From the sequence record PQ341120.1: a stretch of 64,000 nt of DNA; one strand, given 5' to 3'. The translations under genes were made by a program, and so were the position numbers. Each line of letters opens with the position of its first letter. The stretch's first letter is position 1. This stretch comes from Escherichia phage EAWsc9. Below the pieces are notes generated by a model. It worked only from the letters and a program-made list of their open reading frames with translations, was not told where the DNA came from and did no database searches. Positions 8,647-17,778 of the stretch are shown here, one piece after another.

Positions 8647-9240
8647 TCAGCTTGTAAACCGGTGATAGGGAAATTTTTCTTCTGAACAAGAACGGAGGTA
8701 CCAGCCATCCCCTTGTGACTTCTGCACAAGACCAGACTCAGGAACGAAAGCGCCAGGTCCAGCAAGGAATTTTGGTTTAAATCTATAACCTTTGATAGTC
8801 TCTTTTACATTAAACATAATCATAAGGTCAGCAAGCTTGTGCTGCATAAAAGGACCAAGATTGACCCCGTAACCATGCGGATAATCACCATGGCTGCCAG
8901 TGTGCACGGATATCCATTTGGAGTCAGACTGATGAGTTTTGACTTCGATTCTTACCCCTTCTTTCGAAACTACATCAAATGCAAAGGAATAAGGATTATC
9001 GTAATCTTCATCGCCACCACATAAAAAACCGGAGGTCCATTTAGCAATAGCTTGTTCAGCCATTGTAGCCACCATACATCTTTGCATGACTTGCTCACGG
9101 TCCTGGCCAGGGTCTTTACGCAATGAATACCTGGCAGTGTCTACAATCTTTTGCAGGGATTCGGGGGTTAAGTCTTCTTTTGTATAAAGAAAGGAGGGCA
9201 TCTTTTTCAGATGCTCCCATGTTTTACTCTTCTGAATCAT
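8647..9240 (-). CDS. denB: Endonuclease IV (DenB)-position protein
   Basis: 197 aa ORF between ndd and rIIB where T4 carries denB (185 aa); sequence itself not verified. Confidence 0.45.
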   Translation of the reverse strand: MIQKSKTWEHLKKMPSFLYTKEDLTPESLQKIVDTARYSLRKDPGQDREQVMQRCMVATMAEQAIAKWTSGFLCGGDEDYDNPYSFAFDVVSKEGVRIEVKTHQSDSKWISVHTGSHGDYPHGYGVNLGPFMQHKLADLMIMFNVKETIKGYRFKPKFLAGPGAFVPESGLVQKSQGDGWYLRSCSEEKFPYHRFTS

Positions 9241-9244
9241 AATG

Positions 9245-9565
9245 TCATCCTTTAAAATACATATCGGATTTTTCGATAATATCTAAAGAATTTTGCTCAG
9301 CTTGCTCTTGATAATCGCTGCCAATATAAACTTTGTCCACATGAACGACGCCATAATAAATTCTGGCACTTTCGGCTAGTGTAGAATGGTCCAGACTACG
9401 AAGTTCTTCTTTCGTTGCAAGAATGATGTCCCTCGCATATAACCGCCCAGTTGACTTTGTAGAAGCATAATGACAATCCACACAATAAACAATATCCGCA
9501 ACATGATTACCATGCAACCGGATTTCGTTAATAGATTCATCGCCAACGTTCATATAGTTAATCAT
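9245..9565 (-). CDS. Hypothetical protein (106 aa)
   Basis: ORF with SD GGTGA. Confidence 0.5.
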   Translation of the reverse strand: MINYMNVGDESINEIRLHGNHVADIVYCVDCHYASTKSTGRLYARDIILATKEELRSLDHSTLAESARIYYGVVHVDKVYIGSDYQEQAEQNSLDIIEKSDMYFKG

Positions 9566-9568
9566 AAT

Positions 9569-9766
9569 TTATTCACCAAAATAAGAGATACGGATTGCCA
9601 GTACATGAGCATATGCGCCCATCGCATCCAGTTGGGCAATCAAAAGACCTTGTTGACGGATATCAAGAGTTTCAAAAACTCCACCCTTAATAAACTCTTC
9701 AAGAGCATTAATTTTCAAAACCAGCTGGTCATATTCTTCAACTACACGTGCTTGGAAACCTAACAT
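9569..9766 (-). CDS. Hypothetical protein (65 aa)
   Basis: ORF with SD GAGG, follows hairpin. Confidence 0.45.
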   Translation of the reverse strand: MLGFQARVVEEYDQLVLKINALEEFIKGGVFETLDIRQQGLLIAQLDAMGAYAHVLAIRISYFGE

Positions 9767-9778
9767 AAAGCCTCATTA

Positions 9779-9792
9779 GGGGCCGAAGCCCC
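9779..9792 (-). promoter_or_regulatory. UUCG-tetraloop hairpin (GGGGC-UUCG-GCCCC on transcript) downstream of rIIB
   Basis: Perfect 5-bp GC stem with CGAA/UUCG loop. Confidence 0.5.
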
Positions 9793-9799
9793 GATTAAT

Positions 9800-10771
9800 T
9801 TAGAATTGTTCAGTTACATCATCAAGAACCAGGTAACCACAAACCCTCATCTTACTATCCCCATAATCCACCGGGATACTTACAACATCGCGCGGGTGAA
9901 CTTTACAGGATACGATGCGCCCATCACCATGACCAAAACCACTTCCGATATAACCTTTAGAGCAAACGTGCAACCCAGTTGAACAGGTTTGTTCGTCATT
10001 GTCATTCACACGAGAGCGCGGCATTTTAACATATTGGCCAGGGCTGTTGTCGAATGTATTTGAGTGACAATCTTTGTATGTTGCACGAACCATTTTCCAT
10101 GCGATGAAATGACCGTCTTCGGTGATTTCGATATCGTTAGCAACCAGGAAGTCAAACAAACGCTGTACTGCTTTTTCACTCGGGTTCTCAAGGAGATTCT
10201 CAAGGAATGGCAGATAGAATTCAAAGTCTTCACCATTTTGCATTGAATCAATGATACGAGTAACCAGGCCGGAGCGCAGTTCAATTCCCTGATAGAACAG
10301 ACTACCACCTTCAATACGCACATCACCTTTCACATATTTTTGCACCGCAGCTTTGATTGAGATAAACTCGATAGCATCGTCAAAACGAGATTCTTTGAGT
10401 GCCTGAATAATATCATTAAAGTGTTTATGGTCTTTTGTTGCGTTCCAGACTGTACGGCCTTCAGTGATGGAAACGAATTTGCTTGATGCGTTCCATACGA
10501 TTTCTGGGCGGCTTCCGCCGATTGTATCAGTAACCGGGACTTCAACCGTTACTGTCACCGGAGCATTAATCGCCACACCAACGGCTGCTTTCAGTGATGC
10601 AGAAATGGTTTTAGCTAATTTTGATTCTTTATCATTTTTCAAAACGCGGCGAATGGTGTCAACGGACACAGCAAAATATTCTGCCAATTCAGGCTGGGTA
10701 TAATTGCCCGTTGAATACATCTGGACCACATCAGCTTGTTCGGCTTTAGACATACATTTGATATTAAACAT
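9800..10771 (-). CDS. rIIB: rIIB protein
   Basis: 323 aa directly downstream of rIIA, size and position as T4 rIIB (312 aa). Confidence 0.8.
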   Translation of the reverse strand: MFNIKCMSKAEQADVVQMYSTGNYTQPELAEYFAVSVDTIRRVLKNDKESKLAKTISASLKAAVGVAINAPVTVTVEVPVTDTIGGSRPEIVWNASSKFVSITEGRTVWNATKDHKHFNDIIQALKESRFDDAIEFISIKAAVQKYVKGDVRIEGGSLFYQGIELRSGLVTRIIDSMQNGEDFEFYLPFLENLLENPSEKAVQRLFDFLVANDIEITEDGHFIAWKMVRATYKDCHSNTFDNSPGQYVKMPRSRVNDNDEQTCSTGLHVCSKGYIGSGFGHGDGRIVSCKVHPRDVVSIPVDYGDSKMRVCGYLVLDDVTEQF

Positions 10772-10772
10772 A

Positions 10773-13007
10773 TTATTCCTTATTGGCCGCTTCCACGGCC
10801 TTCATGATTTGAGCAACGTTCTGTACTTGTTCAGTTGACATGGCGTTACGGTTATATAAAAAGTGTGAAACAATCGGGTGATTCTTTTCAAATTCAAAAA
10901 CCATTTTATCGCTTGTTACCGAAGCGTTTTTGGTCAGGTCGTCATAAATCTTATTACAAAGGACCAGAGTTTCCTGCATGGTCTTATCAACTGTTCCACT
11001 GTTATATGCGTTATAAGCAAAGAACTTATTGAACTGCATTAATTCGGCATAGTCAGTATTCACATCTTTCTGAACATCTTTTGCATAAAAATACTTGAAC
11101 ATAAAATTCAGTTCTGCATATTCAGACAGGATAGGAATATAATAACGCGAACGGCTTGAAGCGGCAATGTACTGGTCCGCATCAACCGCATCAATCAATT
11201 CCACATAACGATTGACTGCAGCTTCAATCAGACAATCACACTGCGCCAGCTTGGTAATCTTTTTCTGAAGCTGTGGACGAATAACACAGAATTCATTGAT
11301 TTCCAACAGGTTTGCCAGTTTACACAATGTCTGGGTCCCGAAGGTCGTGGTGCCATATTCTTGATTCAACGGGGAAATGCTACTGCGGTTAATGAATACA
11401 GCATAACCATCGATTTCCTCTGCATCAGCTGCACATGTAAATTCTTCAACAGACTGCCATTTGCCATTAGTTTTAGTCCAACGAATCAATGATGGAGTCT
11501 TTGACTTAACGCGCGCTTTCGGGTCAGCAACCGGAATCCAGTCTTTTACAAGGGCGGTCAGTTCAGACGTACGATAGATATTAACTGTATCGCCTTTAAA
11601 TCGTTCTTGAAGTTGAACCATCAGACGTGTTTGAATTTCGCTGGTTGGGTCAACGAACAATAGACTACTACCTTGTACAGTCGGGACTTTACCAGATGCT
11701 TTGAGCTTTTTGGCTTTCGCGCTGGTGTCATACAGCATTGAACTGATGCCCCGAATCATCGCAATTCGCCCTTTAGCATCGTCAATAACAATGTTCAAGG
11801 TATTATTCTGAATACCAAACATGCTCGTCAGGCTTGCAGTATTCGTGTTCGAGCTTGAGTTACGCAGACGTTTCAGACGGGTAGTGCTATAGATATCATA
11901 GACAACCCCGGCATTAATAAGGTCTTTGTCCAGCTCGAACATTTCATACATCTGGTTAAAGGTCAATTGCGATTTCGTAAATTTCGTTTCAGCATTACGA
12001 GCTTTCAGAAAATTACGAGCTTCATAACTCAGACTCTGTAATTCGCGATACGTGTGGCGGATACATTCTGATTCCTGCCATTTCTTACAATCATCTTCCA
12101 TGACTTTCTTATCAAGGGATTCAATACGTTCAACGATATTTGCGACCGTACGTTTATCCAGTGATAATGCTTCGCGAGAAGGTGCAATATCCAACGAACC
12201 CATCGGGAACTTAATAAAGACAACATCATTTTTGGCAGTCATCCAGGTTTTCTTTGTATAACCGTCAGCAATTGGATAAACAATTCCACCGTAAATTGCA
12301 TAAAGACCATAACGTTCTGGGCTGCTATAATCAATACGCTCTGGAGCATAATAATCATCAAATTCCGGGAAATAATTAATTTCGCCTACGCCTTGTACTT
12401 CAGCCAGTCCAGCAAATGGACGCATGATATATGCAATCTCGTGGCGGAACTTACCAAAATCATTACTATCAACCGGGACAACAACTTCAATCCCTGTGCG
12501 GTCGCCAGGTTTCATTGGTTCGCTAAAGGTTGGCTTAATCTGTGGACCATCACCATCCATATAAGCGACATAACCATTAACTTGACCATCATGATACGAA
12601 ATCAGGCTAAACGTCTCTGTATAACTGAACGGAGATTTAGAGCCCAAACCAAAGCCGCCAATAAAATCATTAGATTCAGCCTTGGATGATGCAAAGAAAC
12701 TGTTATACAGACCTGGAGTGTTTTCATCACCACGAATCTGGAAATCACTCATACCTGGACCAAAGTCACGACACACAAAACGTGGGTCCAGTTCACCAGG
12801 AGCCTGAACAATGAATTTATCCTGACAGCCATTGAGCATATGAGCATCAATCATATTGGTAATCAGCTCACGAACAACCGCGCGCACCTTATTTGTATAA
12901 AGGTCACTGGTCAGAATCTTAAACACCTTTGGAGATGCCTGGATTGTGAATGCTGATGCCTTGGCACCATTACCAAGGATTGTTTCCTTTTCAGTTTCTA
13001 AAATCAT
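10773..13007 (-). CDS. rIIA: rIIA protein (GHKL ATPase-like N-terminus)
   Basis: 744 aa; N-terminal ELITNMIDA...DFGPGM...GGFGLGSKS motifs of GHKL fold; between rIIB and topoisomerase 39 as in T4. Confidence 0.85.
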   Translation of the reverse strand: MILETEKETILGNGAKASAFTIQASPKVFKILTSDLYTNKVRAVVRELITNMIDAHMLNGCQDKFIVQAPGELDPRFVCRDFGPGMSDFQIRGDENTPGLYNSFFASSKAESNDFIGGFGLGSKSPFSYTETFSLISYHDGQVNGYVAYMDGDGPQIKPTFSEPMKPGDRTGIEVVVPVDSNDFGKFRHEIAYIMRPFAGLAEVQGVGEINYFPEFDDYYAPERIDYSSPERYGLYAIYGGIVYPIADGYTKKTWMTAKNDVVFIKFPMGSLDIAPSREALSLDKRTVANIVERIESLDKKVMEDDCKKWQESECIRHTYRELQSLSYEARNFLKARNAETKFTKSQLTFNQMYEMFELDKDLINAGVVYDIYSTTRLKRLRNSSSNTNTASLTSMFGIQNNTLNIVIDDAKGRIAMIRGISSMLYDTSAKAKKLKASGKVPTVQGSSLLFVDPTSEIQTRLMVQLQERFKGDTVNIYRTSELTALVKDWIPVADPKARVKSKTPSLIRWTKTNGKWQSVEEFTCAADAEEIDGYAVFINRSSISPLNQEYGTTTFGTQTLCKLANLLEINEFCVIRPQLQKKITKLAQCDCLIEAAVNRYVELIDAVDADQYIAASSRSRYYIPILSEYAELNFMFKYFYAKDVQKDVNTDYAELMQFNKFFAYNAYNSGTVDKTMQETLVLCNKIYDDLTKNASVTSDKMVFEFEKNHPIVSHFLYNRNAMSTEQVQNVAQIMKAVEAANKE

Positions 13008-13014
13008 GTTTTTC

Positions 13015-13218
13015 TCACTTTATGTTACGTTTGATTAATTCTGCAACTTCAAGAAGTTCATCCTTTGTTGCGGTGTCTGAAGCTATTTTAATACGGATTT
13101 CTTTGAAGCGTTCTTTAAACTCTTCAGCTTCTCTTATATCAAAAAATCGTTGGATAACACGGTATTCTTTATGGACAGCTTTATCAAACAGTTCCATATT
13201 AACTTTGAAGTTTGTCAT
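13015..13218 (-). CDS. Hypothetical protein (67 aa), rIIA.1 position
   Basis: ATG at 13218 with SD AGGAGA. Confidence 0.45.
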   Translation of the reverse strand: MTNFKVNMELFDKAVHKEYRVIQRFFDIREAEEFKERFKEIRIKIASDTATKDELLEVAELIKRNIK

Positions 13219-13483
13219 TTCCAATCTCCTGCAATATTTTTCTCATACTACGCATGGTAGCTTTATGTTCTTGGCCATGGTATATCAATGCAAGGAGTGC
13301 TTCAATTCGCTCCTCAGGGACCTTCTGGCCAGCCTTAATGCTCATGGCTGCTGTTCTTACAGCCAACAAGTAACTTCGCTTCCTGTCGCTATCTGGGAGC
13401 TCCTGTACCTTCCTCAGGCCTGCTTCCATAATACACCGGGCGACATTTTGCAGATTAACTAAACTTCCGTCAGACATAATCAT
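13199..13483 (-). CDS. Hypothetical protein (94 aa)
   Basis: SD GAGGTGA before ATG. Confidence 0.5.
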   Translation of the reverse strand: MIMSDGSLVNLQNVARCIMEAGLRKVQELPDSDRKRSYLLAVRTAAMSIKAGQKVPEERIEALLALIYHGQEHKATMRSMRKILQEIGNDKLQS

Positions 13484-13529
13484 ATTTTCACCTCAAGGAT
13501 ATCCTAACGCACTTTTTACAGCTTGTACA

Positions 13530-13557
13530 TAATAAAAAAAAAGGACCCGAAGGTCCT
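13530..13557 (-). terminator. UUCG-hairpin terminator (AGGACC-UUCG-GGUCCU + U9)
   Basis: Stem-loop followed by 9-nt U-run on minus transcript. Confidence 0.6.
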
Positions 13558-13562
13558 TTTGG

Positions 13563-13715
13563 CTACTCAACTTTATAGACTTGCCCATATGCGGTATAGT
13601 ATTCGCCATCCCAAGTCTCGCACATAATGGTGACAAAGGATGCAAACAGAGGTTTAGTATCGGCCCACAGATAACCGTATTCGCCATTTGACAACGTAAC
13701 CCACCACTTTTTCAT
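13563..13715 (-). CDS. Hypothetical protein (50 aa)
   Basis: MKKWWVTLSNGEYGYLW...; SD AGGAGA; replaces track ORF 13493..13687 in another frame. Confidence 0.4.
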   Translation of the reverse strand: MKKWWVTLSNGEYGYLWADTKPLFASFVTIMCETWDGEYYTAYGQVYKVE

Positions 13716-13757
13716 GGACTTCTCCTATAAGACGGGAGAATATTCTCCCACATCTAT

Positions 13758-15590
13758 TTATAGTGTCGCATTCATCCAATCTTTACGCTGCTGGGAATCT
13801 TTACCGAAGAGCATTTCGAACAGTTCTTTCCAGTTGTCGGGCAATTGAACAACTTCGAATACTGGTTCGAGCAATACGCGTTTGTACTCAGCATCTTCCA
13901 GAGAACCAAGTCCCTTTATATATCTGATAGTATGCTTCGGAAGTTTATCCTTAGCTTCTTCATAATCAGGAAGAGAATAAAACCATTCTTGTTTATCTTT
14001 GAGCTGCGCAATAATAACAGGAGTTTTCACAAAGCGAATTCGTCCTTCATGGAACAGCTCTGGCCAGTTACTGAAAAACGCCAATAACGATGGATAGATA
14101 CTACCGACGCCATCCACATCCGCATCTGTCATGATAGCAATGTTTCGGTAATTCATATTCTCGGCCGGTTGTCCAATCGTTAACCCAGTAATTGCACACA
14201 CATCAAAGGCTTCGGCGTTCTTCATAACATCAACAGCTTTCAGGCCCCATGTGTTTTTAAACTTACCACGTAACGGATAAGCACCTTGCAATTCACGGTC
14301 GCGAACCTTGATAAATGGCCCGGTTGCAGAATCACCTTCGGTCAGGAATAGAGTCGTTTCCAGCTTATCATTGCCCCATTCGTTGGCCTTGATATGCTTT
14401 TGCACCTTGGCCTTTGAAGCTTTCTTATTCGCCTTGGTCTCTGCTGCTTTCTCTGCAGCCAATTTACGGGCTAATGCAGCTTCAACAATCGGCATAATCA
14501 GCGGTTCATTTTTCAGAATAGCTTGCGCGATTTTCTTGGCATCAATCTTAATGTGATTTCGAATTTCACCAGCCGGAGAAGTCAATCGCTCCTTAGTCTG
14601 GGAATCAAATCGCATGTTGCTCATATCGCGAATGAACATAAGCATGGTGAGGCATTCCTTAACTCGTGCCTTTGTCACCTCAATGCCTTTATATTTGCGT
14701 TTAATGGCTGGCTGAAGATGTTCACAGATATCATCCATAACACATTCAACGTGGTGTCCACCATTCTTTGTATGAATGTTGTTGACATAAGTCAACTGGC
14801 GGAAACCATCCGGGCTAGTCGTAAAGGCCATCGATACTGTATCAGTTTCCTGGATAACAACTTCGGTTCCGAATTGCTTGGCGAACTTCTTGAAATTGCC
14901 ATCAACCTTTTTACCATTAAAGGTAAACTGAATATCTGGATAAACAACCGCAAGAGTCTGCAGACGGTCCAATGTAATATCCAGATAAATCTGGGACAGG
15001 CTATTTTCTTCAAAGTGACTGAAGTCCGGAACAAAAATAACAGTTGTACCTTTACCCTTAGATTTCTTGGTAGACCAACCTTTGTTTTCCATACCATTGG
15101 AGCAGTTAACGGTGATTTCATTTGCGCCGTCGGCGGTAATCCCGGTGAACAATACAGAGAAAATATTGGTCAGAGAAGACCCGACGCCATTCATCCCACC
15201 AGTTTTACGTTCAGCATCATCACCGAAGTTACCACCTGCTTTTGGAATAGTCCATGCTGCAACCGGGCCAGGGATTTGTTCACCGTTTTGGTCTGTAACC
15301 ATTGCTTGTGGAATACCACGGCCATTATCGGAAACCGAAATCTGATTATCTTTAATTTGGACATCAATTTTATTGGCAAATTTAAAACTGGTGCGAATTG
15401 CTTCATCAACAGAGTTATCGATAATTTCATCAATCAGTTTTACAATACCAGGAACATAGCTTACGGACTTATATTCACCAAACAAGAATCGCTCATGCGC
15501 TTCATTTGAACTGGAACCAATATACATCCCGGAACGTTTTTTGATATGCTCGACGTCCGAGAGTACTTTAATTTCATTATTAATCATCAT
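13758..15590 (-). CDS. 39: DNA topoisomerase II large subunit, fused gp39+gp60 (GyrB-like)
   Basis: 610 aa; GHKL ATPase motifs, TOPRIM-like region; length equals T4 gp39+gp60 combined, so the gene is unsplit here. Confidence 0.93.
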   Translation of the reverse strand: MMINNEIKVLSDVEHIKKRSGMYIGSSSNEAHERFLFGEYKSVSYVPGIVKLIDEIIDNSVDEAIRTSFKFANKIDVQIKDNQISVSDNGRGIPQAMVTDQNGEQIPGPVAAWTIPKAGGNFGDDAERKTGGMNGVGSSLTNIFSVLFTGITADGANEITVNCSNGMENKGWSTKKSKGKGTTVIFVPDFSHFEENSLSQIYLDITLDRLQTLAVVYPDIQFTFNGKKVDGNFKKFAKQFGTEVVIQETDTVSMAFTTSPDGFRQLTYVNNIHTKNGGHHVECVMDDICEHLQPAIKRKYKGIEVTKARVKECLTMLMFIRDMSNMRFDSQTKERLTSPAGEIRNHIKIDAKKIAQAILKNEPLIMPIVEAALARKLAAEKAAETKANKKASKAKVQKHIKANEWGNDKLETTLFLTEGDSATGPFIKVRDRELQGAYPLRGKFKNTWGLKAVDVMKNAEAFDVCAITGLTIGQPAENMNYRNIAIMTDADVDGVGSIYPSLLAFFSNWPELFHEGRIRFVKTPVIIAQLKDKQEWFYSLPDYEEAKDKLPKHTIRYIKGLGSLEDAEYKRVLLEPVFEVVQLPDNWKELFEMLFGKDSQQRKDWMNATL

Positions 15591-15612
15591 CTTTCCTCTT
15601 GTGTATGGAGGT

Positions 15613-15637
15613 ATTATAAGTCACATATTTTAAAGCA
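15613..15637 (-). promoter_or_regulatory. MotA-box middle promoter upstream of gene 39
   Basis: Minus strand TGCTTTA, 12 nt, TATAAT. Confidence 0.5.
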
Positions 15638-15640
15638 AAA

Positions 15641-15655
15641 AGGCCCGAAGGCCTT
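15641..15655 (-). terminator. UUCG-hairpin (AGGCC-UUCG-GGCCU) with U-run
   Basis: Stem-loop followed by UUUUUGCUUU on minus transcript. Confidence 0.5.
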
Positions 15656-16057
15656 TTATTTGAATCGAAGCTGCTCTAACATTTTAATAGCTTGTAGGCG
15701 CCCGGCTTCAGTTTTAACCGTAATAATAACATCGCCACCGGTAACAACGATATCCTCTTTTGATTCCTGTTCGGTTATTTCAGAATCACATTCCTTTGGG
15801 GTTTCTTCAAAATATTTAAATTCATCACCAAAAATAAGACCGGTTCCATTACGACTATGGAAAGAAAATCCAGTTCCATCGATAGTACTAAATTCCGTCA
15901 CAACATTTGCTTCCATCTTGGTGACTGAAAACTCTTTGGTAGTAATCAAATCAATGATAGAGGTTCCTTGCTGGTTCAAAATGCAACCGGGCATACCGAC
16001 ATGTTTAAGGAAGCCATCTAAATCTTTAATGCAATAACTCTTTCCAATTTTAAACAT
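15656..16057 (-). CDS. Hypothetical protein (133 aa)
   Basis: ATG at 16057 with SD GAGGA. Confidence 0.5.
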   Translation of the reverse strand: MFKIGKSYCIKDLDGFLKHVGMPGCILNQQGTSIIDLITTKEFSVTKMEANVVTEFSTIDGTGFSFHSRNGTGLIFGDEFKYFEETPKECDSEITEQESKEDIVVTGGDVIITVKTEAGRLQAIKMLEQLRFK

Positions 16058-16064
16058 AATATCC

Positions 16065-16325
16065 TCATTCAAATCGGATGGTTGAATTCTTGAACAACAA
16101 ACCAGAACAAACAGTTCCTTCAACTTTCTTACCAGTTGGACCCACGGCCGTAAAGCCTGTGTGTTGGAAATCATCTTTACCACAAGAGAACCAATTATAT
16201 CCGGTGATTTGGATTTGCTCATAGCCGTTTGCATCTAATACACGAATGGCGTTATCTGCATCAGTACAACCAGCTAATGAAACCGCCAGCACCAGCGCTG
16301 CAATAGAACGATTAATGTATTTCAT
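16065..16325 (-). CDS. Putative lipoprotein (86 aa)
   Basis: Signal peptide MKYINRSIAALVLAVSLAGC with lipobox LAGC. Confidence 0.55.
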   Translation of the reverse strand: MKYINRSIAALVLAVSLAGCTDADNAIRVLDANGYEQIQITGYNWFSCGKDDFQHTGFTAVGPTGKKVEGTVCSGLLFKNSTIRFE

Positions 16326-16331
16326 AATTTC

Positions 16332-16508
16332 TCACTTAGTCAGCAGGTCGTAAAAACCGCCATTAACATGTTTAGGGGCCGAGACTAACCGAACAGCCAG
16401 CCGATGGCAATCAGGACAAACATCATTATCTCTTTCAGAGATTTTCTTGATTTTTTCGTATTCTTTCGCGCAGTCATTGGATTGACATTTGTAATCATAA
16501 AGTGGCAT
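16332..16508 (-). CDS. FmdB-family-like zinc-ribbon protein (58 aa)
   Basis: MPLYDYKCQSNDC...CPDCH: MPxYxYxC...CxxC pattern of FmdB zinc ribbons; below track size cutoff. Confidence 0.45.
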   Translation of the reverse strand: MPLYDYKCQSNDCAKEYEKIKKISERDNDVCPDCHRLAVRLVSAPKHVNGGFYDLLTK

Positions 16509-16509
16509 G

Positions 16510-16881
16510 TTATTCCTTAAAGTGTGCTTTCAACATCTGGTAAACGGTCCAGGCTTCGGAGTTATTAGTGATGGTGATTTTAGTCAAAGGGAATTCGCTT
16601 GGCTCAGATGGAGCTGCGTCTTCGCATTCATCTTCAGTATCGTCATCTTTTTCTTCTTCAAAGAAACGGAATTCGTCTTCCTTTATGAATAGGCTCACAA
16701 ATTCACCAGTTGATAATTCCATTTTATACACATCACCATCTTCAATTCTGACTGGTCTAAATCCCTCGCCATTGATTATAGCATTGGCTATATTATCATT
16801 ATCTGTGCATAACAAACGGAATCTGCTTTCAGCAACATTATCTTTAAAATAATACCACTTATCAGTTTCAAATTTAGACAT
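16510..16881 (-). CDS. Hypothetical acidic protein (123 aa)
   Basis: ATG at 16881 with SD AAGGAGA. Confidence 0.5.
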   Translation of the reverse strand: MSKFETDKWYYFKDNVAESRFRLLCTDNDNIANAIINGEGFRPVRIEDGDVYKMELSTGEFVSLFIKEDEFRFFEEEKDDDTEDECEDAAPSEPSEFPLTKITITNNSEAWTVYQMLKAHFKE

Positions 16882-17098
16882 TATAAATCTCCTTCCAAAA
16901 ATCTGTACCATCTTCTGATTCTTCGCGGAACAGCGCATAGCTAGGAAGTTCTGCGTCTTTGTCTGTATACACATAAATGATATCAGTGGTGCAAAGAAAT
17001 TCATTGATGTTTTTCTTCACAATCACTTTATCACTTTCGGCAGTGTCCCAAAACTCTTCAGCGGTCAGGGAAGTGGTCACACAATCTTCATTAAACAT
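16874..17098 (-). CDS. Hypothetical protein (74 aa)
   Basis: SD GAGGAGA before ATG. Confidence 0.5.
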   Translation of the reverse strand: MFNEDCVTTSLTAEEFWDTAESDKVIVKKNINEFLCTTDIIYVYTDKDAELPSYALFREESEDGTDFWKEIYNV

Positions 17099-17144
17099 AA
17101 TATTCTCCTCATTGATAGGGCAAAAACCCTATCATTTTTATAAT

Positions 17145-17699
17145 TTAGGCAAAATGAATATCAGCATACTCAACGATAAAGCTCTCAGGAACAACCTTAA
17201 AGGTTCCAAGGAACACGATATTATACAGTTTGACCCCTTCTTCAACCCACTGGTCTGTGATGTAACCAGACATGCTAGTGGTTTCATAAGTCGGACCATA
17301 CATGCAATTGTATTCAAACGGTTTAGGTGAAACAAAAAAGACACCTTTGCCCAATTTCCATTTAAAATCAACCCCAACATGAGACTGGTCAATGGTTTCA
17401 ACGTCTTGAGCAATTACGCCACGAATATCATTACTTTCGCACACATATCCATCATGGGATTCAACTTCTTCAGACACAGGAGCGATATATCCAGTAAATT
17501 CGGTTGATTCTAGGAATTTAGGATGCACATAAGCCAATTGAGTTTCAGTCTGACCATTTTTAGGAATGATACGCACTTTAACTTCTTTAATTCCACCTAC
17601 TAAATTAGTGCGAAGACCCACAACCTCAACAAAACGACCAGCAGCTTTAGAACGAGATTCTTTAGAAACACGTACAATATCACCAGCTTCAACTTTCAT
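17145..17699 (-). CDS. Hypothetical protein (184 aa), paralog family with 17779..18534
   Basis: C-terminal GYITDQWVEEGVKLYNIVFLGTFKVVPESFIVEY shared with the next gene. Confidence 0.65.
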   Translation of the reverse strand: MKVEAGDIVRVSKESRSKAAGRFVEVVGLRTNLVGGIKEVKVRIIPKNGQTETQLAYVHPKFLESTEFTGYIAPVSEEVESHDGYVCESNDIRGVIAQDVETIDQSHVGVDFKWKLGKGVFFVSPKPFEYNCMYGPTYETTSMSGYITDQWVEEGVKLYNIVFLGTFKVVPESFIVEYADIHFA

Positions 17700-17741
17700 A
17701 ATTTTCTCTCTTGGTTAATAAGTTTATTCTCCAGTGGGGTC

Positions 17742-17770
17742 ATTATACTCTGACCCCAAGAGTTTGTACA
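17742..17770 (-). promoter_or_regulatory. Early promoter stem-loop cassette
   Basis: 44-nt block identical to ndd promoter region. Confidence 0.5.
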
Positions 17771-17778
17771 CTTTAAAT

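Noticed and set aside
13493-13687. 64-aa track ORF
   Set aside because: A different frame (13563..13715) has a proper SD and start; the track ORF has neither.
14523-15509. 328-aa plus-strand ORF
   Set aside because: Lies entirely antisense within the well-supported topoisomerase gene 39; no SD; low-complexity composition. Antisense shadow ORF.
13758-15590. Gene 60-type translational bypass element in the topoisomerase gene
   Set aside because: The GyrB-like ORF is continuous at 610 aa, so 39 and 60 are fused; no 50-nt coding gap.
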